Part shown: positions 48,989-59,985 of the stretch, one piece after another
Numbering within the stretch: the first letter of the stretch is position 1
How the letters are laid out: every line of letters begins with the position of its first letter
NCBI RefSeq assembly: GCF_018350175.1
Contig: NC_058368.1
Span: 77,254,001 to 77,318,000, forward strand
DNA from: Felis catus
Taxonomy: Eukaryota
Reading direction: 5' to 3'
DNA: 64,000 nucleotides
The notes under the pieces: generated by a model
What the model saw: the letters and a program-made list of their open reading frames with translations, nothing else
Databases searched by the model: none
Told to the model about the DNA's origin: nothing
Position numbers and translations under genes: made by a program

Positions 48989-49088
48989 AGCATTATTTCA
49001 TTTTCATTTAAAAATTCTATTGTTTTGCTTTCCAGTTTTTCCTCTCTAGTTTTCTTTTCCTCCCTCCCTCCCTCTCTCTTTCTCTCTC

Positions 49089-49132
49089 TTCCTTCCTTCC
49101 TTCCTTCCTTCCTTCCTTCCTTCCTTCCTTCC
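49089..49132. repeat. (TTCC)11 microsatellite
   Basis: Read directly. Confidence 0.95.
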
Positions 49133-50366
49133 GTCCTCTTGCATGAAACATTATACTGTTCAGTTTAGCTGCTGCTGGCATTAACAATGTGCAACGAATG
49201 GACTAAAATTTGCTTTGCTTTTGTTTTTCCTGAGGTTAAACTCATTAATGGCAAACGGGCTTTAGGCAGCCCTTTAGCCAACCGAAAATAGAAAATAGCC
49301 AATAGAAAATAAGTTTCTATTTTTAATTTAGGGGGAAAAAAGTCCTATATACAGAAAATTAATATGAATTAGACAATTATTTCCTATTAAAAAGATGAAA
49401 GTTTAAGGAATAAAAGAATACCAGCGTGTCCAATTAGAAATGAGGGTATATAATGTTTTTTAAAAAGTGTTGTTTCAGAGGTTCCATAGAACAAACCTGA
49501 GGATGTGTGAGACACGGGTAATAATAGTTACTACAGTGCTCATAATTAAATTCTCCAAAATGAAAGCTTTAGTTGCATCCTTAAAAGATGTGACCATCCA
49601 ATATTGTAAATACTTCTCGAAAACACACACATGCATGTTTCTCTATGGACGGCCAGTGTTGGCCAAATCATAGGCCAAAAAATAGATGCTTGCCCATTTA
49701 TAAAACTGAAAAACAGGCATTTAAAATCATTTAGTGTACATTTGCACAGGAAGCATAATAAGACGCCTTGCTCTTTAGATTCCTATATGTTTGGCAGATT
49801 TCTTCGTGTGTCCTCAGTGATTGATATTGATAGGACAGCTCTTCATTGTAATATGGCAGGTTATTAAACCTTGGGGCCACCAGGCATAATTTATGTTCCC
49901 ATAGTTTTCAATACTGGAATCGGAGTCGGTACTTAAGATATTCTTGGATGTGGGGAGGAGAGGAATGGCTAGCCCCCGTTCTCGTGGAAAGGCTCTATCA
50001 TTTTCTTCAGTCTGGGTTAGCTTTGGATATGTGGAGCTTGATGGTACATTTTGTCTATTTCAGTATCTGACTAGATAGACCCCTTGGAAACTTCTCTCAT
50101 TGCCTTGGCATTATGGAATTTCTGGAGCCTGCTTCACAGAAATAGTTCGTCTTTATGCTTTCCCCCATCTCTGCTCCTCACCTATTTTATTCACTTCTGT
50201 GTCATGCTGAAAAGAAAACAACCGAAATAAAATACGATATTTGACCTTGGCAATATTGGATTCTTTAAAGAGGTAAAGCTCTTAACTATCAGTTGATGAA
50301 GCAGCCTTATTCTGTAGGTTTGTGTGAGGCTATCTCAGCATAACAAGAATAATTAATAAGCATAAT

Positions 50367-50408
50367 TAACAAACAATGGGTAACAAACAATGGGTAACAA
50401 AAAATGGG
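50367..50408. repeat. 14-bp tandem repeat x3, TAACAAA(C/A)AATGGG
   Basis: Units start at 50367, 50381 and 50395. Confidence 0.93.
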
Positions 50409-50479
50409 TAAATAATGAATGACTAAACTGAACCCCCTGGGTACCAAAAGAGCCACATTCCTAACCGCCCCCCCCCCCC

Positions 50480-51935
50480 CCAAGTCACTCTTCCCAAAGT
50501 CTTCCCATTCCAGTTAATGACAACTCCTCTTCAATGGCTTAGGACTAAAACTCTGGAGTTATCTTTGATCTGCCATTTCCTGCCCACCTCCACAGTAGAT
50601 CCTGTCAACTTCACCTTCACAGTATCCAGGCCCTGCTCTCTTATCACCACTCCATTCATACCGCACTGGTCCCGGCCGCCATTACCCCCTGTGGACATTC
50701 TACAGCCTTGCAGCTCTTGCCTTGGCTTCCACCCCTGCCCTCTAGAATACATGCTCAGTAGATGGTCCTTTAGTTACCTAAGGAGATGGACTCACTCTCT
50801 GAGACTTCTCATACCATTTCACGTAAGAGCCAGAGCCTTTGAAGTAGCCCACCTCTTTGAGGTCTGCTTCCAGCGCCTCCATATTGCTGCCCTCACCCCC
50901 TTCTCCCCTAGGTCTTGATCACTCCTCTCCAACGTCATGGGTCCCTCCCTGTTCTTCTGACACAGAGGGCATGGTTTCAGCTCAGACCCTTGGCACTGGC
51001 TATTTTTTTTTTTTTTTAACCTGGAATGTTCTTCCCTCCTGTATCATTAGGGCTTACCACATCACCCCTTCCTGCTTGGTTGCCACTCAAATGTCACTTC
51101 AGTGACACCATCCCTGACACCCTACTTCAAATGTTCAGCCCTCATGTAATATGCTATATGAAACAGGGTGCTGTCGAAAAAAACCACCAGATGCCTAATA
51201 GAAGTGAGGCAAGATTTTATTCACGGCCAGGCCAAACCTGATCTCCTGATCTTAAGGAGAAAAGTGCAGAGAATGGCCCCGAACAAAGGTAGCAGTGAGC
51301 TTACATGGATTTTAGCAAGTCAGAATACGTCATTATTTAGTTAACCAATTACAATTTACAGCATTTCGTGGTAGCCAATTATATTGTGACATACAGACGT
51401 TAGTTTTGGCAGGAACCTATCAATTTAAAGTTCTTTGTTCTAAGAGGGTTTAAAATGACCAATCATAGTTAGACACCTAAGATACCGTGGGGCAGCGAGT
51501 TCCTGACTTTTTACATGTTGGTCTTTGCCTAGGCCAGATCTTGGTAGAAGGGATGGGGGAGCGTTTTGCAACCTAAATTATCCATTTAGCAAGCAGGCGA
51601 AGTTACAGAAGCGAGCTAGGGCGGTTAGTAATTTCCGGTAACCCTAATAGGGAACTACATAAGCTTTTATCTCAATTATTCGTGAAAGGTGAGTTTAAGC
51701 CGAACTTATACACAAGAAGCTTTCTGATATAAGTCGACCTATTACATATATACATATATGACATATACTGTGTGTTTCTCCTGTTGTCTCTCTCCTCCAC
51801 CCCCACGCCGAATCACCATAGAATGTAGATTCTATGAAGGCAGGGATCGGCACATGTTTCATTCACTGTGCCAATTGAGACCAACAGGGCCTGGCTCGTG
51901 TATCCCCCAAATGCTGGTGGAATGAATGACCGATA
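50480..51935 (+). mobile_element. L2a-like 3' region, split by an LTR
   Basis: TCTTCCCATTCCAGTTAATGACAACTCC..CTGGAGTTATCTTTGA..CTCAAATGTCACTT; resumes after the LTR with TAGAATGTAGATTCTATGAAGGCAGGGA..GAATGAATGA. Confidence 0.85.
51159..51746 (-). mobile_element. ERV1-class solo LTR (588 bp), family not identified
   Basis: TG...CA termini and 4-bp TSD TATA (51155-51158, 51747-51750). Minus-strand AATAAA near 51215 and CCTTTGTTCGGGGCC R-region motif. Interrupts an L2. Confidence 0.78.
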
Positions 51936-53147
51936 GCAAATATTTCTAAAATCTGCTCTCAAAAACCTCTGTAATCCTATTTTTTGAGTCCCTACCGTAC
52001 TGCTCCCTTTTATAGTACTTCTATTCTCCTGCGCCCAGAAAGCCCTGCCACCCATCTCTGCCCGATCTGCTCGGTCCAGCCACTCCCTCTCCATCAAGCT
52101 TTCTAGATCACAGCTGCTAGAAGTGTCTTACTCTCTTTCTGATGCTTCTTGACACCAGGTCATATCTTGGTTTTGGATATTTTTGTGTCTTGACTCACAT
52201 GTATGTTACATTCCTCCAAAGCAAGGACGTAGCTTCTCCAGCCCCTGGAGCATATTGGTACTCCTAGTTGCTAAATCAACCTTTATTGGCTGGCTAGAGG
52301 AAGACATGAATAAAGGATAAAATGAATGAATGAAAAATACTTTGCTCTTGAGCGAATGGGAAGAGCATACAAAATCTGGAAAGGATTTCTTTATGGGTTT
52401 ATTAGCAATATCCCGAATACACTTGATGGATTAGGCTGCTGATACTTTTTAATCATACACATCTTGGGTGCTTTTTCATTTGATTGAACTTCTTTTGGAA
52501 GACATTTTATTGAAAACTTATATTATCAAAGCTAAGAGCCACATTTTAAAGATGAAACTCCCCCTTTGTTCTTGCCCTGATAATGATTCTTTTTTTTTTT
52601 CCTATTGGAAGTTGAATTTTCCATGACTTTTTGTTTTGTTATCTTTAATTATCTTCAGAGTGAGTAAGTCAGACTTAAAGAAGTGTTCTAAACAAAGCTA
52701 AAACCAGCGTCCCATCGTCCTGAAAGGAGACACATTCTTTTTCATACTAGTTCAGGTGCTTATTATAAATTTTATGTTTGATAATCATTTAATGACAGGA
52801 ATTTATATATCCCATAATTAGACTATTCCAAAAAATGGACTAATATTTTCGCTACTGCCACAGCAAAGTTATTGATATTCAGTAAACATTACTATGCAAA
52901 TTCCAGCTGGACAAATTCTCGCAGATTGGACAAAGTGAGGTGTATGAGAGTCTGTGGAAGTTTATAATGTGTTGAGTATGTGTATGAGTGTGTGTATCTT
53001 TATGGTGGGTTTACATATAAAATATCTATTAAAACGATATAGCTATCTGGAATCCATCCATGTTAAAGAAATATAAGAGGCTTTATGTACTGAAATGAGC
53101 TCTCACCTAAAACTCAGAAGACATTAGTTCTTAAATAATATTTATGT

Positions 53148-53370
53148 ATGCAACTATTTATTAAATGTGTATGTAGTACTAAGTGCTTTCCATGCGTACT
53201 TCCTTAATCCTGTCAACACATGTGGAAAACAAGCGCTATTATCCCATTTGGCAGCTTGGGAAACAGGCACAAAGAATAAATGACATTGATGATGATACGT
53301 GTCGGAAGCGAGGCCACCGAGCTGGGAAATGCCCACGGGGACTCTAATGGCCATATTCTCAGTATCTTCG
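53148..53370 (-). mobile_element. MIR
   Basis: ATTTATTAAATG..CTAAGTGCTTT..TTAATCCT..TATTATCCCATTTGGCAGCTTGGGAAACAGGCACA core. Confidence 0.78.
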
Positions 53371-53984
53371 CCTGTGAACCAGGGACCGGAATAGCTGTTC
53401 TGTTATCTCACGGTTGATTTGTGGCAGAATTTTCACGCGGTTCAATGAAGGACACCACTTTGAACGCTATGGTTGCATTTTAAAGACACGAGTAGGATTA
53501 CTCGCGTACATTGATGCTTCCTTTCCTGGACTGTTTGCTTCTTCTTCCAGGGAAAGAACGACATAATTTTCACCATTCTGAGTCTTCCCGGGATGCTCAG
53601 TTCCCACATGCATCTGTGGTAACTGCTTGCATCTATTTGACCTCAAATTTTCCTTGGTTTATGTCTTCAGAATTGACTTAATTCCTTTAATGTCCCAGTT
53701 GACCAACCATAGAGAAACATCACCCAGTGGCCTGGTTTCCACTCTGCCCTATAGCTGTGGTACGTCTGGTTCTTTCAGATTGCGTGGCTGAGTGCATTCA
53801 GGTTAATAAATGAATGTTTTTCTCCTGTGTTCTCAGTGTCGCTGCTTTATAAAACGTGATTAAAATGGTTGTTGAAACTACAGGATTTGACTCTTTGCAT
53901 TTCAAGTGACGAGGACTGTGAGCAAGATTTCACTTTGATGAGCCAATAATTTTTAACTATTTTAAGTACATTCCCCAAATATGG

Positions 53985-53988
53985 CTTT

Positions 53989-54049
<61 letters not shown>

Positions 54050-54077
54050 TTTCTTTTTTTTTTTTTTTTTTTTTTTT
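53985..54077. repeat. (TTTC)n plus poly-T
   Basis: Read directly. Confidence 0.96.
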
Positions 54078-55017
54078 ACTATTTGAAAATAATGGTATAT
54101 ACCACCGCTTTGAAGAATTCCTGTTGACAAATGGATCCTTTAGATCTGTATAGAAGCTCGCCGTGTGACAGGGGGTGACTTGTTAAGGTCTATACGAAAC
54201 CAAGAATGAAAAGCAGAAACTGTGTCTAACATCTGTTTGTCTATTTCTCCATTTTCCACTTAGAATTGATATCGGACTCTTTGACCTTTCAGCTCATGAG
54301 TTGTTGATAGTGTGTAGCCATTTTCTACGGTTCGATTTGTTTCATTTAGAAACCATGACATCTTTGTTTTGGGTGCATCCACCCCGGGGCCATTCAGCAC
54401 CCACCTACCACATGCCTGACATTAAAGTGACAATTCGGGATCTTGTGCAGGATAAGGGGCTCTAACACCTGGTTTCCAGCCTCTGAGGTCTGTGTTAGCT
54501 TCATTGGTAGCTAAGTGGCTAAGACATTCTCAGGAAGAATTAACCCATGTGCAGCATTAATAGTCTTTTATTATATTCTCACAAACTATAAAGCAATAAA
54601 GCACACTGAAGTCAATCTAATCTTTTAAAAGTAATTTTAGAAACAATAGAACTCACTGACCAGCTAGGTCTGAAAATTTTAAAAGAACAAAGTGTGATAC
54701 CCTTCTCTTGACTTCTTTGATCCATTTTCTCGAGGCTTATATCTTTTATAAATGTGTATTGAAATGTAACTTGCTGATGGAGTTCCAACGTCGTTAGAAC
54801 ACGGACTTCAGCGAGTGTCCATTATAAATAAGCTGCAGTAAAGACATACTTTGCATTCTGAATCATGGAATGTTACATACAGAAATAACTCTATTTGGAA
54901 CACTAATTCCTGTGGCCCATATAAAGGTATGTCTTTTCTACAAAGGACCAAAAAGTGAATATTAACATATCAGACAAACATAGCCAGCAAAGTTAGCTCA
55001 TTTAAATACAAAATTTA

Positions 55018-55242
55018 GGGGCGCTTGGGTGGCTCAGTCGATTAAACGTCCGACTTCGGCTCAGGTCACGATCTCACAGTTCGTGGGTTCGAGCCCTGCG
55101 TTGGGCTCTGTGCTGACAGCTCGGAGCCTGGAGCCTGCTTTGGGTTCTGTGTATCCCTCTCTCTCTGCCCCCTCCCCGGCTCGCACTCTGTCTCTGTCTC
55201 CCTCTCTCTCTCTCTCAAAAATAAATTAAAACATCAAAACAA
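55018..55242 (+). mobile_element. Can-SINE
   Basis: Perfect TSD TTAAATACAAAATTTA (55002-55017, 55243-55258). Confidence 0.97.
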
Positions 55243-55687
55243 TTAAATACAAAATTTAAAGTCTGTTCTATGTGCTTGATGCATTTGCTCTGGAAAAATG
55301 TGTACTCTACCGTATCCAAGAGCTAGGGAAATATTTCTCGATACAAATACTAAGCAGAATTCTATAATAAGCAATGCATGAAATCAAATATAGTTTGATC
55401 AGACATAAAAATTAAAAAGAAGAGTTTTTGCTTTAGATTGGAGAGGAGACACCAACCTGAATTATACTTAATTTCGAATACACATGCTTTAGCAAACATG
55501 GAACACACATGCACAACCGACGTGTATATTCACACATTCACACACATACATGTGCATGCGGGCACACACAAATACACATATGCACACGGTGTACATTGAC
55601 ACATTAACGTGTTAGTACTAAGTTAACTCTTGATCAATAATAAGTTGCAAACGGATTTTTCTTTCTCCTGAATTGCTGGTCTTTTCT

Positions 55688-55921
55688 TCTTCTTCTTCTT
55701 CTTTTTTAATGTTTTTTTTGAGAGAGAGAAAGAAAGAGCACGAGCAGGGGAGGGGCAGAGAGAGAGAAAGAGAGACAGAGAGCAAGACACAGAATCTGAA
55801 GCAGGCTCCAGGCTCTGAGCTGTCAGCACAGAGCCCCATGTGGGGCTCGAACTCATGAACCTTGAGATCGTGACCTGAGCTGAAGCCAGATGCTTCCCCT
55901 ACTGAGCTACCCAGGCGCCCC
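55688..55921 (-). mobile_element. Can-SINE with (CTT)n in the tail
   Basis: Reverse copy ending GGCGCCCC. Confidence 0.95.
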
Positions 55922-56229
55922 GCCAGTATCTTCCCTGCCATAAGGCCAAGCATATGTTCAGCACATATTAGGGACGCTCAATAAATATTTGTTAACTTTG
56001 AATTACCTGAATTGAATGAGTTCAAGATTACGTATAGACTCCCCGATTTATGGAAAGACGCTTAAATTTGCGGTAGGGGACAGGACTGAGTAAACAGTGT
56101 TTTTATTGTCAAATTCTCTTGCCATCTCCCATAGCATCCTCAACACCGACATAGATGCAGGAACAGAGGACAGAATATTGTCAGGTTGTGAAAGCGTGCC
56201 GGTTGGTGGCTGCTAAAGGTATACCTTTA

Positions 56230-56457
56230 TTTATTTTTTTTTTAATTTTTTTTTCAATGTTTATTTATTTTTGGGACAGAGAGAGACAGAGCATGAACGG
56301 GGGAGGGGCAGAGAGAGAGGGAGACACAGAATCGGAAACAGGCTCCAGGCTCCGAGCCATCAGCCCAGAGCCTGACGCGGGGCTCGAACTCACGGACCGC
56401 GAGATCGTGACCTGGCTGAAGTCGGACGCTTAACCTACTGCGCCACCCAGGCGCCCC
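56230..56457 (-). mobile_element. Young feline Can-SINE (CpG-intact subfamily)
   Basis: Same diagnostics as the 4244 and 24883 copies; perfect TSD TAAAGGTATACCTTTA (56214-56229, 56458-56473). Confidence 0.98.
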
Positions 56458-59369
56458 TAAAGGTATACCTTTAAAAAACCGAAAGCAGGTGACTATTCTG
56501 AATTCCTTTGTCTGTTCCTATTCGCAGCTTGCCTGGCAAGGTATCAGTTTTTCTAGGAAGTCTCCAACGCAGAAAGGAAACAATGCCTACCCTTCTGAGG
56601 CCGGAGGAACTGTTACCTTAAAGGAGAACGCATCATTTGGCCCAGTTGGGGAAAAATTACCATGAAAAGAGGACAAACGGAAACAATTCTCAGGATTTTG
56701 TGGAGCAAATTCCCAAATTTGGCCTACATTCCCACGTAAGGACCTTTGTAGAGCCACGTTTCTCTTTCAAAGCTTTCTTTTGTATTTTTTTTTTTTCCCA
56801 TTGAGGAATAAACTACAAAGTGGACTTCTGTGTTTCACTTTTTGGGTTAAACTAGCACAAGCAAAAAGCGACCAGTTTTCCTGAGGTATAACACCGTCTG
56901 CAGGGAAACAAGTCACATGCAGCCCGTGGTATTTAAAGTGATCTTTTCCGGGCAGGATGTGGACGCATGAGGCGTGTCCTTAAGGCCTTCCAAAGTGCCA
57001 AATCTAAAGTAAATAACGCTTCGATATCTTCAGGGAGAGCACCCAGATTTCTGAGAGCTTTCTTGGGCAAGGAACAGGTCAGCAAAAATCACCCGAATCA
57101 AATGGCAAACCAGATAAGATTATCACTTAACAGAACTGCTCAGTGGTGACGGCCAATCTCTGTGGGAATGTTTGGTCAACAAGCAAGCCATAAAAGGTTT
57201 GGGGGCGCACGTAGTTTATTGGTCTCATGGGAACACAATATTGATCAGACAGGTAATTTCACCTAATAATCTTCAAACACTAGTCAAATAGCTGGTGACT
57301 GATTTGAGGATAATTTTTAATAATTGCTTTGGTGTGAAAAGAATTCTTCATTTCATTCAGTATATAGTCCCTTGAAGAATGTGAGGAATTACGAGGTTTA
57401 ATGCTCTCTTAAAATAGAAAAGGGAGATGTTCAGGTAGGTCTTTCTTTGCCTTATGAAACTAACAACAGATGGAAAAGAAAGACAGATGTATAGCACGTT
57501 ACCCCCACACACATGCCCACGTACAGATATATGAATGCAGAGTCATAGAGCCTTTCCACAACTTTGCATTTACCTTAAAAGGATGGGGAATCTTAAGTTT
57601 TTATCAGAATGTAGATTTGGCTCTACCTGCATTCCAGGGAGGACTATGCATTTTCTTGCAGATGTAGCGCTTTCCGAAAGGGGAGTCTTTTTGGAGGAAG
57701 TCTGGGACACAGGAAGAGACCAGGGCTGGTACCTTTCTCTGGGGACTGCTCTCCCCATCTGGCTCACTGGTTAGTATGGACCGGGAAAAGCATTTTCACA
57801 AAAGCTGGGATCACTGTGATGTTCAGCTTGCTCTTTAGAATAAAGCAAATCAACGGTGTTATTTTCCGATATACGGCGACGCTCACTTTTCCTACCATTA
57901 TATTATTTGCCTGACTTTGGAATCTATCCTGCATTTCCCGGACACCAAAATACCTTCAGCAAGCCTCCTCTACACTCCGTGTCTCTAACCTACTTGCAGT
58001 TTATTTTGTGTTCAGGCATTTGGGCAGAGCTTCCGGTTCCGTGATAAAAAAAGAAAAAGTGGAAAGAGTTTGTTTTTGCTCCTTTGGTTTAAATTAACAT
58101 CGGCCATCTTCCTGACCTGAATTCTGACAACACAATTGCTATGAAATATTGGTTTGAACTTAAAACCAGAAATCCTGAACGTAGCTTTCTGCCAAGTAGG
58201 TGCTAGTTAGAACCAGCTGTCCAAAGCGGAACTGCTGAGTGCTTCAAGGTCCCTGTGATCTGAGCGGGTCTCAGGCAGCGCCTTTTTCAAAGGAGAAACT
58301 GTCAGTTCAGATACTTCTCCGGGACGGATTAAGATTTATCTGTAGCCCAATCAACGTGCCATTTCTCCTCTCGTTTAATTTATCATTGTGTGGATCCCAA
58401 ACTGAAGCAGAAATAATAAACTGGAGCTATGTTGAGGGACTTCAAGCCATTGTTTTAGGAGGTAAGTGGCGGTGGAAGGCCACTTGGGAAGGGTCTCAAG
58501 GGGAAAGGGTGGAAAACCAATAAATCTGCGGAGGATCGTCACGGAACACACGTCTCAGAAAGAGGCCTTTAATTGTGGGTGTGTAGAGGAAAGTACGAGT
58601 CAAAACAGGCTCAGTTTCACACCTGCACTTATCCTTTTGTGCAACAGGTGACCCTAGATCGTCCAAAGCAGTCAGAAGTTTAACCAATAGAAAAAAAAAA
58701 TTCTCTGTGGGTAGAATTGGCCATGGTCATCTCATTAAGCGCACAGTTCTGTTTTCAACGTAATTAGTCATCTAATTACTCCTCCAAAATTAGTTAGTGC
58801 ATTCAGATGCCTAATTAATTATAATTTCATTCAAAGTACTCTGTTGGTAATGCTTTTGTTCTCTGTTCCGACAAATCAAATTACTGAGGGACAGATTTGA
58901 TTTGGAAATTGGTTTGGGTTGAGCCTCATCATAAACATATTAAAATATTAATGAATAAAACAGTGAGAGTATTAATTTCCATAATAAAGAGAACCCCCCC
59001 CCCCGAATGTTAACTATTTCCAAGGAACACTGCAAACATTAGAGTCACAAATCTCCTAGAGTCTCAGATTGGGTGCTAAGGCGGAAAGAACAAGATCTGA
59101 GTTCAAACACCCCCCTGCCTGGTGATGAAGTTCTGTGCACGTCGGACTGGACGTGAGTGTGGAACACGGCAAAACTGGCTGTCTGGTTTCTTATGATCAA
59201 TACGTACTGTTCACTATTGTTTGTCCATGGTCCACAGCTAACCGGGTGCAGTTATTCTAAAAGGTAATCTAATCTAGAAGCCATGTGATAGCTCATCTAC
59301 AACGTTAGTATTTTTCGAGGGAAAAATTGTGAACAGCTGTTATTTGGGTCCGACCAGGGACCAGTCCTT

Positions 59370-59490
59370 ACTCTGAGGGATTTGAACTTTAGCTCATTCG
59401 ATTCTGCCAACCGGCCTTTGAGGTAAGTGCTATTAGCCTCACTTTCCAGAAAAGGAAAGGAAGGCACAGAGAGGTGGGATCACCGGACTG
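59370..59490 (-). mobile_element. MIR fragment
   Basis: CTCATTCGATTCT..TGAGGTAAGTGCTATTAGCCTCACTTTCCAGA..AGGCACAGAGAGGT. Confidence 0.65.
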
Positions 59491-59744
59491 AAGCCACCAG
59501 AGGGAAAGAATAAAGAACTGCTTTCTTAGAAGATCAACCTTAACGCAGTGTGTCCTGAGTTTTGTCTGAGGAATGTCTGCAAACGAAACATCTCTGAAAA
59601 TGAAGATTGATGATGAAGAGTATTCAAGAGGATTTCCTCTTTTTTTCCTTTGGGGGCCAGGCTGTGGTGGGTATCCATGTTCGGTAATGTCAGTGCGAGA
59701 GGAGCCGGCAGGTGCCCACTGCCTACCTCAAAGTCACGTGTATT

Positions 59745-59985
59745 GGGGCGCCTGGGGGGCTCAGTCTGTTGAGCGTCCGACTTTGGCCCCGGTCATGATC
59801 TCGCCATCTGTGAGTTCAAGCCCCACATCAGGCTCTGTGCTGACAGCTCAGAGCCTGGAGCCTGCCTTGGATTCTGTGTCTCCCTCTCTCTCTGACCCTC
59901 CCCTGTTCGTGCTCCGTCTCTCTCTGTCTCAAAAATAAATAAACATTAAAAAAATTAAAAAACAAAACAAAACAAAAACAAAAAA
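59745..59985 (+). mobile_element. Can-SINE
   Basis: Perfect TSD CAAAGTCACGTGTATT (59729-59744, 59986-60001). Confidence 0.97.

Noticed and set aside
58459..58461. 3-nt GAG microexon (ttttag|GAG|gtaagt)
   Set aside because: Short pyrimidine tract, and the context resembles a degraded ERVL LTR
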